A stretch of 64,000 bases of DNA. It comes from a virus. Within the stretch, counting starts at the first letter, position 1, and each line of letters begins with the position of its first letter. This document shows, one piece after another, positions 16,261-25,798 of the stretch. The position numbers and the translations under genes are program-made. Where the stretch lies: positions 1 through 64,000 of IMG/VR virus record IMGVR_UViG_3300043427_003610; one strand, 5' to 3'. The notes under the pieces are model-generated. The model was not told the origin of the DNA and ran no database searches. It was given only the letters and a program-made list of their open reading frames with translations.

Positions 16261-18556
16261 TCCCCTTGCCGAACAGCGCGAGGACCTGGCCCGTTACGGG
16301 CAGAAGGTCCTCACCCTCGACGCTCCGACCGACACGCTGCCCCTCCGATTCACGATCGACCTCCAGCTGAGCAAGGACACGCGGCAGCCGGTCCGGTACT
16401 GGTACGTCACCAGGGCGTGCGAGCTTCCGGCGGTGCTGGCGTGGCTGGGGCCGCTCAAGATGATCGCCCTGGACCTCGAGACGTCCGGGCTGAACGCCTT
16501 CGACGCCAAGATTGCCACCCTGCAGCTGGGCACGCTCGAGACCACTAATCCCGACCAGCCGCATGCGGTTGTGCTGGACGTCCGGATGTTCAGCGACGCC
16601 GAGTTGCGCCCGATCTTCGACGTGCTGGAAAGCCGCGAGGTGACCAAGCTCGGCCAGAACGTCCGGTTCGAGTATCGGTTCCTCCGGGCCCAGTACGGTG
16701 TCATGTGCCGGAAGCTGGCGGACACCCAGGTCGCGGAGATGGTGATCCGCGCGGGTCTGCTGTCGCCGAAGGGACAGACGCGCGGCAAAGGCGAGGAGCG
16801 CAGCGCATACAAGCTCTGTTCGATGGCGGCCCTGATGGAGCGGTATGCGGGCGTCGAGATCGACAAGAGCGAAGACATCCGCACCGGGTTCTTCCGCACG
16901 GCGCCTGGACAGCACTCGCTGCGGCAGATCGTCTACGCCGCGAGCGACGTGATCTTCCCGTTCGTGATCGCTAAGGCCCAGCGCAAGCTGATCGAGGAGC
17001 GCGGCATCCGGGGGATCATCAAGGTCGAGATGGAGCTGATCCCTGTCCTGGGAGAATTGGAGCACCGCGGCATCCGGATTGAGAAGGTGCAGTGGCGCGC
17101 CCTGTGGCAGGAAGCACTCGCCAAGCGCGCGGAGGCGCAGGCCGAACTGGACGAGCTGATCCGCCAGTACACGATGCAGCCGGATCTGTTCGACACTGCG
17201 GAGCACAAGGAGCGGCCGATCTATCCGAAGGCGAATAGGCCGCTGAACTACTCGAGCGCAGAGCAGGTCAAGTGGGCGCTCAAGGAGCTGTGCCGTGGTC
17301 GCAACTGGCCGTTCGAGGTGGTGATTGACAAGGCCCGGCTGGCGCAACTGCGGGAGGAGTGGGGCGCGAGCTGGATGCGGCAGCAGGAGGAGAAGGGCCG
17401 CCTGATTACCGTGGACGACGTCCCCGACTGGCTCATCCCGGAGGACCGGTACTGCCTCCTGACTGAGGCTGACAAGAACACCCTGACGCTCCGCAAGTGC
17501 CGTGGCCAGCTTCCGACCGACGTGGTCGACCTGCTGATGACGTATTCCAAGTACGACATCCGGTGCGACACCTTCGGGAACGACTGGTTGCTCAAGAACG
17601 TCCGCACGGACACCGGTCGGGTGCACACGGAAGTCCACCAGGCTGTCACGAATACCGGGCGCCTCAGCACGACGCCGAATCTCCAGAACATCCCCGGGGA
17701 TGAGCGCTACCGCCACTGCTTCATCCCGGCAGACGGTTTCTCCTTTGTCATCGCCGACTACTCGCAGCAGGAGCCTCGGCTCCTGGCCCAGGTCTCCAGG
17801 GACCCGGTCTACCTGGGCACCTACGAGCGGAATGACGACCTCTACCTCTCGGTCGCCGAGGCGATGCTTGGGCACCGTCCGGACAAGCACACCCCGGAAG
17901 GCAAGCTCGAGAGAAAGATCTTCAAGGCCGTGGTGCTGGCGATGGCCTACCGGTCCGGTGCGCGGAAGCTGCGGGACCAGCTGACGCTCGGTCTTGCGGA
18001 CGCAATCGTCTCCGGACTGGTACCTGCCCCGTCGTTCGATTACGCCGCCGAGCTGCACAAGCGCTTCTTCGAGGTCCACGAAGCCGTCCTGGAGTTCCAG
18101 GACCGGTGCTCCAGCACCGCAGATCCCCGGAACAAGCAGGCGCCGAAGCTGTGGGACGACGTGGCGGGGGACATGGTCACCTACGTCCGCGGACCGTGCG
18201 GTCGGCTTCGGTTCTTCCCGTCGGACGCTATGAACACCTTCACGGAAGCGGCAAACGCTCCTATTCAGGGTAGTTCGGCGACTATGACCAAGGCGGCGGC
18301 AGGCATGATTCAGGAGATGATCGACAGCCGCGGATGGAAGGATAAGGCGTTTATCGTCAACCTGGTGCACGATGAGATCGTGTGTGAAGTGCACGACTCG
18401 ATCGCCGCGGAGTTCGCTCCGTTGATGCGCGACCTCATGGAACAGGCAGGAGCCTTCTACTGCCCCGACGTTCGTATCGTCGCGGAGTTCCCGGAGGGGT
18501 CGAATGGGGTCGTTCCGTACTGGACGAAGGAGATGGCGGCGAATGAGCCGGTTTGA
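16244..18556 (+). CDS. polA: Family A DNA polymerase with 3'-5' exonuclease domain
   Basis: ALDLETSGL, YAASDV, TGRLSTTPNLQNIP, ADYSQQEPR, NAPIQGSSA, VHDEIV. Confidence 0.95.
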   Translation: MLSLTDPLAEQREDLARYGQKVLTLDAPTDTLPLRFTIDLQLSKDTRQPVRYWYVTRACELPAVLAWLGPLKMIALDLETSGLNAFDAKIATLQLGTLETTNPDQPHAVVLDVRMFSDAELRPIFDVLESREVTKLGQNVRFEYRFLRAQYGVMCRKLADTQVAEMVIRAGLLSPKGQTRGKGEERSAYKLCSMAALMERYAGVEIDKSEDIRTGFFRTAPGQHSLRQIVYAASDVIFPFVIAKAQRKLIEERGIRGIIKVEMELIPVLGELEHRGIRIEKVQWRALWQEALAKRAEAQAELDELIRQYTMQPDLFDTAEHKERPIYPKANRPLNYSSAEQVKWALKELCRGRNWPFEVVIDKARLAQLREEWGASWMRQQEEKGRLITVDDVPDWLIPEDRYCLLTEADKNTLTLRKCRGQLPTDVVDLLMTYSKYDIRCDTFGNDWLLKNVRTDTGRVHTEVHQAVTNTGRLSTTPNLQNIPGDERYRHCFIPADGFSFVIADYSQQEPRLLAQVSRDPVYLGTYERNDDLYLSVAEAMLGHRPDKHTPEGKLERKIFKAVVLAMAYRSGARKLRDQLTLGLADAIVSGLVPAPSFDYAAELHKRFFEVHEAVLEFQDRCSSTADPRNKQAPKLWDDVAGDMVTYVRGPCGRLRFFPSDAMNTFTEAANAPIQGSSATMTKAAAGMIQEMIDSRGWKDKAFIVNLVHDEIVCEVHDSIAAEFAPLMRDLMEQAGAFYCPDVRIVAEFPEGSNGVVPYWTKEMAANEPV

Positions 18557-18806
18557 TCCTCGCCGAGCGGTGATTGCCGTTACGATGGTATGGCAGCGGC
18601 AGGAGGATGGGTGCTGGGATCGGTACCTGATTCGTGAGCAGCGTAACACCTCGCCCCATCTTGAGAAGCTGATTAGTGTAAAAACGCACGTCCCGGTGTG
18701 TATGGCGTGTCTCAGCAACGATGTCGTTGTAGTCGAATCGATTAAGTATCCGGACGGTGAGCTGATTTGTCACGAGTGTGGCGTCCGATACGGCTTTCTG
18801 CTGTAA
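18543..18806 (+). CDS. Zn-ribbon protein
   Basis: CMAC...CHEC. Confidence 0.55.
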   Translation: MSRFDPRRAVIAVTMVWQRQEDGCWDRYLIREQRNTSPHLEKLISVKTHVPVCMACLSNDVVVVESIKYPDGELICHECGVRYGFLL

Positions 18807-18829
18807 GAAATTCGCCCGTTTGGTCAATT
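18803..18829 (+). promoter_or_regulatory. Class I motif GTAAG-N15-GTCAATT
   Basis: 11 nt upstream of ATG 18841; no SD sequence. Confidence 0.75.
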
Positions 18830-18840
18830 AAAGTAGACAC

Positions 18841-19368
18841 ATGGCACAACACGCAAAGCGTCCTTTGGCAGATGAGCTGCGGATTCGGGTCAACCCGGAG
18901 TTCGACCACGAGGTCGAGCCGGACCAGAACGAGTTTGCCTACTGGAATCCGGTCAGCGCGACGAATGACCTGATCAAGCTGGCGAACGCCGCGCTCGAGA
19001 TTACCCAGGCAATCACCGACGCGATGCGGGACAGGACGCAGCTCAAGGTCGAGCTGCGGCAGGTCAACCGGGAGTTGGAGGAGCTGGACAACCTGGTCCT
19101 GGTCAATGACCCACTGACGCCGACCGAGGCCAAGACCCTGAAGACGGTATCGGCGGCCCTGGAGCGGCGCTTTCAGGTCCAGGGATACGAGGATGCGGCG
19201 AAGGCGCTTCGGGCTAAGCGGGACGCGCTGCTTGATCGGATTGAGAAGTTGGACGACCGCATCGACGCTGGGCATGCTTGGAACAAGACGAACGAGCGAG
19301 TCAGCGACAATCTGAAGACCGCGCTTTCGTTCTTCAAAGACGAGCGGAAACGTGCATATCAATATTGA
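18841..19368 (+). CDS. Coiled-coil hypothetical protein
   Basis: Heptad-rich ORF, good codon usage. Confidence 0.7.
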   Translation: MAQHAKRPLADELRIRVNPEFDHEVEPDQNEFAYWNPVSATNDLIKLANAALEITQAITDAMRDRTQLKVELRQVNRELEELDNLVLVNDPLTPTEAKTLKTVSAALERRFQVQGYEDAAKALRAKRDALLDRIEKLDDRIDAGHAWNKTNERVSDNLKTALSFFKDERKRAYQY

Positions 19369-19546
19369 CGACGTCGAGTGCCCGTACTGCGGCAGCACCG
19401 ATGTCGAAGGGTTGAATCAGAGCTTTGTGTTGTACCGGTGTGCTGAGTGTGCCGCCCACTTTGAAGAGCAGGACGAAGTCGATACGCCGCCACGGGCGCT
19501 CAAGCAGCGCAAGATGCGGCATCACAAATACAAGGAGGATGAATGA
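19352..19546 (+). CDS. Zn-ribbon protein
   Basis: CPYCGS...YRCAEC. Confidence 0.6.
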   Translation: MHINIDDVECPYCGSTDVEGLNQSFVLYRCAECAAHFEEQDEVDTPPRALKQRKMRHHKYKEDE

Positions 19547-19854
19547 CCGCCGTTGTCGTGCTTGTTGTGCTTCTCGCCTGCATTGGGTATGCGACGTACG
19601 CCAGCTATAGCAAGGCGCCAGAGCCTTTGTTCCCGCCGAAGATCCCGTCCGGCGGTGGCGGCGGCGGCGGAGAGCCGGACGATCGTCCTGAGGCTGTCGA
19701 GGCGTGGCAGCTCGCCGGGACGGTGCACCTGGTCGAGGAGCCGGTAACCGATCCGGTCCGGAAGCCGAAGGCCGTGAAGAAGGCAGCCAAGGCAACTACG
19801 GGGAAGGCCAAGAAGCGGAGCACGAAGAAGCCGCAGGCCCGCCGCAAGCGGTGA
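19543..19854 (+). CDS. Membrane-anchored protein with Lys-rich tail
   Basis: N-terminal TM segment; KKAAKATTGKAKKR. Confidence 0.6.
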   Translation: MTAVVVLVVLLACIGYATYASYSKAPEPLFPPKIPSGGGGGGGEPDDRPEAVEAWQLAGTVHLVEEPVTDPVRKPKAVKKAAKATTGKAKKRSTKKPQARRKR

Positions 19855-20168
19855 TCCGGGACCTGGCTGGGCACGTCGCCAGGGAAGATCCGCGACAAAT
19901 ACCCGCCCGTACGCGACAAATAGTACTCGATCGCGACAATAATCAGTGTCAGCTATGTGGTACTGGCGGTGAAAACCGCCTCCAGCTCCACCACATCGAG
20001 TACCGCTCACAGGGCGGCACTCATGCGCCAGAAAACCTTGTCACTCTCTGCTTCGAATGTCATCAAAAGGTCCACCTTGGACGGGCCGACATCGTCCTCC
20101 TACAAACTTCGCCCGGCGTATGGGCGGCGTTCCCAAATTCACCCCGCCTACCGAGAACTACTTCATGA
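19851..20168 (+). CDS. HNH endonuclease
   Basis: VLDRDNNQCQLCG...LHHI...GG...NLVTLCFECHQKVH. Confidence 0.9.
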   Translation: MIRDLAGHVAREDPRQIPARTRQIVLDRDNNQCQLCGTGGENRLQLHHIEYRSQGGTHAPENLVTLCFECHQKVHLGRADIVLLQTSPGVWAAFPNSPRLPRTTS

Positions 20169-20632
20169 AGCTGCAGCAGTTGATCTACAAGGTTGAGGAG
20201 CTGAGAGCCCTCACGGACACGTACGAGCAGACCCAGAAGGCACTGGCCCAGGGGACGGCCTTGCAGGCCACCATGGGCGACGAGAGCACCGAGGAGGACA
20301 AGGCTACCGTCAACGGCAAGATCGATCAGCTCCGGACCCGTATGGCGACGGTCACCAAGCTGCTCCTCGAGCGGGCGGGTGGCTCAACCGAGGATGAGGC
20401 GGTGGAGCGGGTCCAGCAGCACGTGGCGCGCCTTCAGCAGTACCAGCATATCCGCGGGGAGCAGCTCCAGCTCCGCACCCAGCTGGACCTCGAACTGGCC
20501 ATGGGCGACGTGCCGCTGGAGACACGTCAGCAGGCGGAGTCGACCCTGCAGAGCATGCAGGCCCGTCTGGAGACGCTGGTGCTGCAGAGCGAGGATGCCT
20601 TCCCTGGTCCGCGCCTGGTGACGCTCGGATGA
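20165..20632 (+). CDS. Coiled-coil hypothetical protein
   Basis: ATGA coupling on both sides. Confidence 0.65.
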   Translation: MKLQQLIYKVEELRALTDTYEQTQKALAQGTALQATMGDESTEEDKATVNGKIDQLRTRMATVTKLLLERAGGSTEDEAVERVQQHVARLQQYQHIRGEQLQLRTQLDLELAMGDVPLETRQQAESTLQSMQARLETLVLQSEDAFPGPRLVTLG

Positions 20633-21270
20633 GGGTAATCGGTCTGGCTGGTCGGTCGGGGGTGGGCAAGTCGACTCTGTCGACTACCTATCTCCGACCG
20701 CTTGGCTTTATGGAAGTGGCCCTGGCCGACGAGATCAAGATCCGAGCGATCGCAACCGGCGTTGCAACGTACGAGCAGGTCTTCGTTGGCAGTAAGCCGC
20801 CGCATGTGCGAACGTGGTTGCAGGAAGAGGGCACGGAGCGCGGCCGCGACGTGTTCGGTCAGGACGTCTGGGTGCGGGCGCTGCTTGCTCGGATGCGGAA
20901 GATCAGCGAGTCCTCGGACGTCAGGAACTTCGTTGTTACGGATGTTCGGTTCGTAAACGAGGTGCGCGGCATTCGGGCCGCTGGCGGCATTGTGCTGCGG
21001 GTCGATGCGCCGCGCCGAAATGCCAACAACGGCATGACGGCCGAGCAGCGACTCCACCCGTCCGAGACGGATCTGGATCAGCTCGCCGTGACTGATTACG
21101 ACGGCGTCATTCGGAATGACCCGGAGGACGCGGATACCGTTGGGTGGCAGATCCACGCCCACCTGTTCTACAACAATTTCGTTCGCGCGCCGTATGGTGG
21201 GAAGCAGCTGAGCACCGAGCAGCAGCAGGCGCTTATCAAGGACATGTTGCCGTATCTGCAACGTGCCTAA
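20629..21270 (+). CDS. Deoxynucleoside monophosphate kinase (T4 gp1-like)
   Basis: IGLAGRSGVGKST, LADEIK, LQEEGTERGR, VVTDVRFVNE, HPSE. Confidence 0.88.
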   Translation: MRVIGLAGRSGVGKSTLSTTYLRPLGFMEVALADEIKIRAIATGVATYEQVFVGSKPPHVRTWLQEEGTERGRDVFGQDVWVRALLARMRKISESSDVRNFVVTDVRFVNEVRGIRAAGGIVLRVDAPRRNANNGMTAEQRLHPSETDLDQLAVTDYDGVIRNDPEDADTVGWQIHAHLFYNNFVRAPYGGKQLSTEQQQALIKDMLPYLQRA

Positions 21271-21913
21271 GCGCAAGATTGGGAAGCGCCGAAAGCAGTG
21301 GGTGCCGAAGACTCCAAAGCGACGGGCCAAGGGTCCGCGTCGCCGCGAGCGGGCTCCGATCGCCCCGGTGGGGCAGGTCGAGCGGGTGCTCGCGCTGGAC
21401 TCCAGCTCTAGGGCGTGCGGCTGGTCGGTGATGGACGATGGGGTGCTGGTCGCCCACGGCTGCTACATACAGAAGGGCCCCGGCCACGGCGAGCGACTGA
21501 TGCGGTTCCGGTTGTGGCTGCTCGACATGCTCCGCGAGTGGCAGCCCCGCCTGCTGATCTACGAGGCACCCTACCAAGGCCGAATGAAGAACACCTTCGG
21601 CATCCTCTCGCGCTACGTCGGCGCGATTGAGTCCGCCCACTTTGAGCACTACGAGCGCGAAATCGAGAAGTCCGAGTCGGTTCCCGCGCACCTGGTCAAG
21701 AAGGCCATTGGGGCCCGGAAGGGCGAGAATCACGAGGCCAACAAGAAGATCGTCGTGCTGCTGGTCAACGAGACGTTCGGACTCGGCCTCAAGTTCAAGG
21801 CGAACGATACCACTAAGAAGGTCTCGCAGGATGACGAGGCGGACGCTATCGCGCTGAACTGGGCGTGGCATCGGCTCAACCGAGAGGCTGATGTGATCCC
21901 GGAGGCAGCGTAA
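21263..21913 (+). CDS. ruvC: RuvC-like Holliday junction resolvase
   Basis: VLALDSSSRACGWSV, IYEAPY, DDEADAIAL. Confidence 0.8.
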   Translation: MPKRKIGKRRKQWVPKTPKRRAKGPRRRERAPIAPVGQVERVLALDSSSRACGWSVMDDGVLVAHGCYIQKGPGHGERLMRFRLWLLDMLREWQPRLLIYEAPYQGRMKNTFGILSRYVGAIESAHFEHYEREIEKSESVPAHLVKKAIGARKGENHEANKKIVVLLVNETFGLGLKFKANDTTKKVSQDDEADAIALNWAWHRLNREADVIPEAA

Positions 21914-22174
21914 ATGGAAGAAGATCTTCTGAACCGGATTTCGGTCGAGCAGCTGCTGGTGACTTTGTCCGACGAGCACCGCCTGGTCCTGGAGCTGGTC
22001 TTCGGGCTTAGGTATCCGCCCGACTGGCCCTGGCCCTACGTGGTCTGGCCGCCCACCTACGCCGCCATTGGCTGGTACGTAGGCCACAAAATGCGCGGTA
22101 AGCCGCTGTCCGAGGCCGCGATCCGCTATATCCGCACCGCCGCCCTCAGAAAACTGGCAGAAAACCACAAGTAG
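21914..22174 (+). CDS. Stand-alone sigma70 region 4-like protein
   Basis: LLVTLSDEHRLVLELVFGL...PTYAAIG...LSEAAIRYIRTAALRKL matches the region 4 HTH consensus. Confidence 0.75.
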   Translation: MEEDLLNRISVEQLLVTLSDEHRLVLELVFGLRYPPDWPWPYVVWPPTYAAIGWYVGHKMRGKPLSEAAIRYIRTAALRKLAENHK

Positions 22175-22216
22175 TTCCCGCAAACCGACGAAAATCGCTC
22201 CCCAGCTCCTGTTTTT

Positions 22217-22245
22217 CGTCTGAAATCGGGTTCGAACGACCTAGT
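22217..22245 (+). promoter_or_regulatory. Class II motif variant CGTCT-N15-CGACCTAGT
   Basis: Between the sigma4 and sigma2 genes; one mismatch in the -10 box. Confidence 0.45.
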
Positions 22246-22276
22246 AACGGGCCGCAGTGCGGTTCACGGGAGCACC

Positions 22277-22669
22277 ATGACCAACGAAGAGTTCGAGAAC
22301 ATCTACCTACCGAAGTACGACCTGACCATTCGGGCGATCGCCAGGAAGCTGGCGCAGACCAATGACACCTTGGCCGAAGACCTCTATCAGGAGGGGCTGA
22401 TCGCGCTCTGGAACTGCACGCCGAACCGGGCCCGGGACAACCCCGACGCCTACATCCGGCAGTCCCTGAAGTTCCGAATGATCGATTACCTGCGGAAGGA
22501 GCGGATCTACAACACGGAGTCGCTTGAGGTCCGCCTGGAGCGCGGGGACCAGCTGGTGGTGGACGCCGCCGGTGGGTTCGACCTCGTCTCGTCGCCCGGA
22601 GCCTTGCATATGCGCCGCAACGATGCTGGCAAGGAGCCGCGGCGGTTCTACGAAGAGGAGGAGGAGTAA
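22277..22669 (+). CDS. Stand-alone sigma70 region 2-like protein
   Basis: YDLTIRAIARKL...AEDLYQEGLIALW...AYIRQSLKFRMIDYLRKE; ends without region 4. Confidence 0.85.
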   Translation: MTNEEFENIYLPKYDLTIRAIARKLAQTNDTLAEDLYQEGLIALWNCTPNRARDNPDAYIRQSLKFRMIDYLRKERIYNTESLEVRLERGDQLVVDAAGGFDLVSSPGALHMRRNDAGKEPRRFYEEEEE

Positions 22670-23754
22670 TGCCCCGCGGTGGGAAGGTGCTGCGCGAGCC
22701 GTTCGTATACGAGGTAGGGAAGGACATCTCACCTGAGCGCTACCAGGAGGCGATTGAGAAGATCGCGGACTGGTTTGCCCAGACCAGGAACACGAAGGAG
22801 CCGGTGGCAGCGGCAAAGTATTACCTCGACTGCTGCCTCAAGGGTGTGACGGCGTCCGATGGCAAGTCCAAGTGGTTTGCCATGGCCACGTCAACCCTGG
22901 CGTCCCGGGTGCGGTCGGCCTGCCGGTTCGACATCGAGACGATGCAGCCGCTGGTTACGGCAGACGAGAAGAAAAAGGCCAAGAAGGTTAGGGAGAAGGA
23001 GCGGGAGAAGGCCAAGAAGGAGGCTGAGAAGGTCGACGCAAACCTGCCCGATGAATACCGGAAGAAGGTGGCCGGAGAGGCGACCTATGGGGACGACCCG
23101 TTGGTCTTCTTCACGTCGGCGGAGCTGGAGCGCCGCGAGCGCCTCAAGGACGCCTACCTGAAGGACTTTCCTCAGCTGCGGTCGGTCGCTTCGGAATCGA
23201 AGCTGGACATGCTGCTCGACCTGACCCTGCTGCTGGACCGCATCCGGTTCCGCCAGGCGAAGGACACGAAGGGGAAGACCGAGGAGTTCCAGATTCAGCA
23301 GCTCACGAAGCAGATCGTGGAGCTGGAAAAGGCCCTCAACATCCACCCGGACCAGCTGGCCAAGCAGCAGAAAGAGAAGGAGGGCGGCACGATCGGCGAG
23401 GCCGTGCGCCGCTTGGAGGAGACCAACGCGATCGAGTTGCGGGAGCGGTGGCTGGCGGAGGAGCTGCTGGTCTTGTTCCAGATGTATCACACCCCGAGCC
23501 CCCGGTCGAACATGGGCGGCTATCAGCTGGACGAGGTCGGGCTGTTTGGGGCCACGCGGTGCCGCACCTGCAGCTGTGTCAAATGCGGGACGAAGAACTA
23601 CGCCGGGCTCGGCGTGGAAGAGATCGAAGAATGGCTCAAGACCAAGGGGTTCCTGAAGCCCGTGGTTGAGGAGCCCACTTGGGACGCGAATGCTGACGAT
23701 CAAGGACTGGACGAGACCACTCTCGGAGACGCTGAAGACCCCGCAGACGGCTGA
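22669..23754 (+). CDS. Hypothetical protein, terminase small subunit candidate
   Basis: Immediately upstream of TerL; helical, with a CRTCSCVKC motif. Confidence 0.5.
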   Translation: MPRGGKVLREPFVYEVGKDISPERYQEAIEKIADWFAQTRNTKEPVAAAKYYLDCCLKGVTASDGKSKWFAMATSTLASRVRSACRFDIETMQPLVTADEKKKAKKVREKEREKAKKEAEKVDANLPDEYRKKVAGEATYGDDPLVFFTSAELERRERLKDAYLKDFPQLRSVASESKLDMLLDLTLLLDRIRFRQAKDTKGKTEEFQIQQLTKQIVELEKALNIHPDQLAKQQKEKEGGTIGEAVRRLEETNAIELRERWLAEELLVLFQMYHTPSPRSNMGGYQLDEVGLFGATRCRTCSCVKCGTKNYAGLGVEEIEEWLKTKGFLKPVVEEPTWDANADDQGLDETTLGDAEDPADG

Positions 23755-25798
23755 ACAGGCGATCGAAGCAGAACGCCTGTACAAGCCGCTTCTGCGGTGG
23801 CGCCAGTGGCCTGACGTTGCACTCAGGTCACTGAGCGGCATCTTCATTCCCCCGCATCAGCGCATCATGCTGTATGCGGCCCACCTGGGTGCGCCGACCA
23901 CGGTCTATGTATGCAGCCGTGGAACGTCCAAGTCCGCCGTGGTGGACGTGCTGTACGCCTCCTATCGAGCGCTGTTCTTCCCCAAGCGTAAGGGCGTCAC
24001 TCTGTCCGCGGGCGGCTTCCGCGGCGGGCAGCTGCTGTACGACGACGCGGAGAAGTGGATCAACGGCGCCTGGTTCGATCAGGAGTCTGGTCTGGAGTTC
24101 ATTCGCAACTCCGTGGTCTACGACAAGGTCGTGCTTCGCCAGCAGAACTACTGGCGGATCGACTTTACGTCTGCGTCGCACCTGATGACGGTTCCGACTA
24201 ATGACCCGGAAAAGATCCGAGGCATCCGCGGCAACGACCTATACGTCGACGAGGCTAACTTCACCGACCTCGAGTTGATGAGCAAGGTCGCTGACTCGTT
24301 CTTGAACGTGCTCGGCGACTTCAAGACGGGCGGCGAAAACGCGGCCACGAACTCGGTGTTCTACACCACGACGATCGACTACGGCTGGCGCGATTTCCAA
24401 AAGACGGCCACCGCGGCGTACGAGGGCATGGCCCGCGACCACGCTGCGTTGCTGGCGGTGCGCAAGGGGGACGAGACGCTGTACGAGGAGTTCCGTCGGA
24501 AGGGCCTCCTCCAGAGCGTCTACGTGTCGTTCGACTATACCGACACCATCGTGCGGCGGCGCATCGAGACGCGGGACGGCCGGGCCTTGGAGATGGTGTG
24601 GCCGGACCAGACGCGCCGATTCAAGCGGGATATCCGCGGCCTGCCGTTCACCGTGCGTGGGGAGAACGGACGCTTTCAGATGCAGGGCGTCCCGATCGAA
24701 ATCATCACGACGTATCCGATCAACCGGAACGTCGAAGACAAGCTGCTGACTGGCGAGACGCCGGAGGCGATCTGGCTGGCCGAGCAGCGAAACGTGGTGG
24801 ACACCTCGACCGGTGACGTCTACCCGCACCACACCGTAGATGCGGCTTCGTGCAAAGGCGCCCGGTATGTGATTGCCCACGAAGACTGTGGCTCGGAGTG
24901 GAAGAAGAAGTTCCCCGACCCGGACACGCACTTCGTTCCGCCCGTGATGTGGAGCTGCTCTGATCCGTGCGTGCTTGGCGTCGACTACGCGCCTGGCAGC
25001 CGGGACTTCTCCGCGTTCGTGGTGATCCGCGTGGGCCAGCTCGCCGACGGCGAGTTCAACCCGGTGACCGGTCTGGGGCGCACGCCCTGGTCCAATGTGA
25101 TTTGGGCCGAGCAGCACCGGATGACCAGTCACGCCGATGTGGCGAACAAGATCCGGGAGTTCAAGGACCGGTACAACCTGGTCTTCTACCATGACCCGCA
25201 CGAGAACGACACCTGGAAGCTGTGCCGGGCGGTCGGCCTCGACATGCGCGGTGGTGGCTCCGGCGTCCGTGACGAGCTGGTGCACATCAATAAGCAGGAC
25301 CTGGGTCCGGAAGAGTACCGGATATACGATCCGCTTGACCCGGACGAGCGGGTGCAGGCGTTTGCGACCGCCTCGCGATCGCTGCCGATGCTGGACGCAA
25401 TCTACCCGTCGGACCAGCTGAACGACCGCCTGGTCGAGTTCACGCTCGGCCAGATGACCCAGAAGCTGCTCTACATCCCGAAGGATATCCCGGAATCCGA
25501 GCGGCCGTTCGACGTCAAGATCGACGTCGGCTATAACGGTGCGAAGATCCTGGCGCACCAGCTTCGGGCCCTGCAGCAGAAGCCCACCAAGAATTTTCGG
25601 CAGTTCTTCATGAAAGGCGACACCGAGCAGGCGTCGAACAAGAAGGACCTGTGGGCCGCGTTCATCTATGCGGCCAAGCAGATGCGCGCCCACGTGATTC
25701 GGCAGCGCATGATCGAAGACACTCCACCGCCGCTCGGGGCGGTGGTCACCCGTATCGGAGGAAGACCCAATGGAAGATCGCGATTCAGTCTCTACTAA
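23690..25798 (+). CDS. terL: Terminase large subunit
   Basis: CSRGTSKS (Walker A), IRGIRGNDLYVDEA (Walker B), VLGVDYA nuclease motif, KKDLWAA. Confidence 0.88.
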   Translation: MLTIKDWTRPLSETLKTPQTAEQAIEAERLYKPLLRWRQWPDVALRSLSGIFIPPHQRIMLYAAHLGAPTTVYVCSRGTSKSAVVDVLYASYRALFFPKRKGVTLSAGGFRGGQLLYDDAEKWINGAWFDQESGLEFIRNSVVYDKVVLRQQNYWRIDFTSASHLMTVPTNDPEKIRGIRGNDLYVDEANFTDLELMSKVADSFLNVLGDFKTGGENAATNSVFYTTTIDYGWRDFQKTATAAYEGMARDHAALLAVRKGDETLYEEFRRKGLLQSVYVSFDYTDTIVRRRIETRDGRALEMVWPDQTRRFKRDIRGLPFTVRGENGRFQMQGVPIEIITTYPINRNVEDKLLTGETPEAIWLAEQRNVVDTSTGDVYPHHTVDAASCKGARYVIAHEDCGSEWKKKFPDPDTHFVPPVMWSCSDPCVLGVDYAPGSRDFSAFVVIRVGQLADGEFNPVTGLGRTPWSNVIWAEQHRMTSHADVANKIREFKDRYNLVFYHDPHENDTWKLCRAVGLDMRGGGSGVRDELVHINKQDLGPEEYRIYDPLDPDERVQAFATASRSLPMLDAIYPSDQLNDRLVEFTLGQMTQKLLYIPKDIPESERPFDVKIDVGYNGAKILAHQLRALQQKPTKNFRQFFMKGDTEQASNKKDLWAAFIYAAKQMRAHVIRQRMIEDTPPPLGAVVTRIGGRPNGRSRFSLY

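Noticed and set aside
21914-22669. Sigma pseudogene broken by frameshift
   Set aside because: Domain order is reversed, and both ORFs have their own start and stop codons.
23690-25798. Intein in the long terminase (or in the polymerase)
   Set aside because: No C/S...HN-C/S/T splice junctions or internal LAGLIDADG blocks seen.
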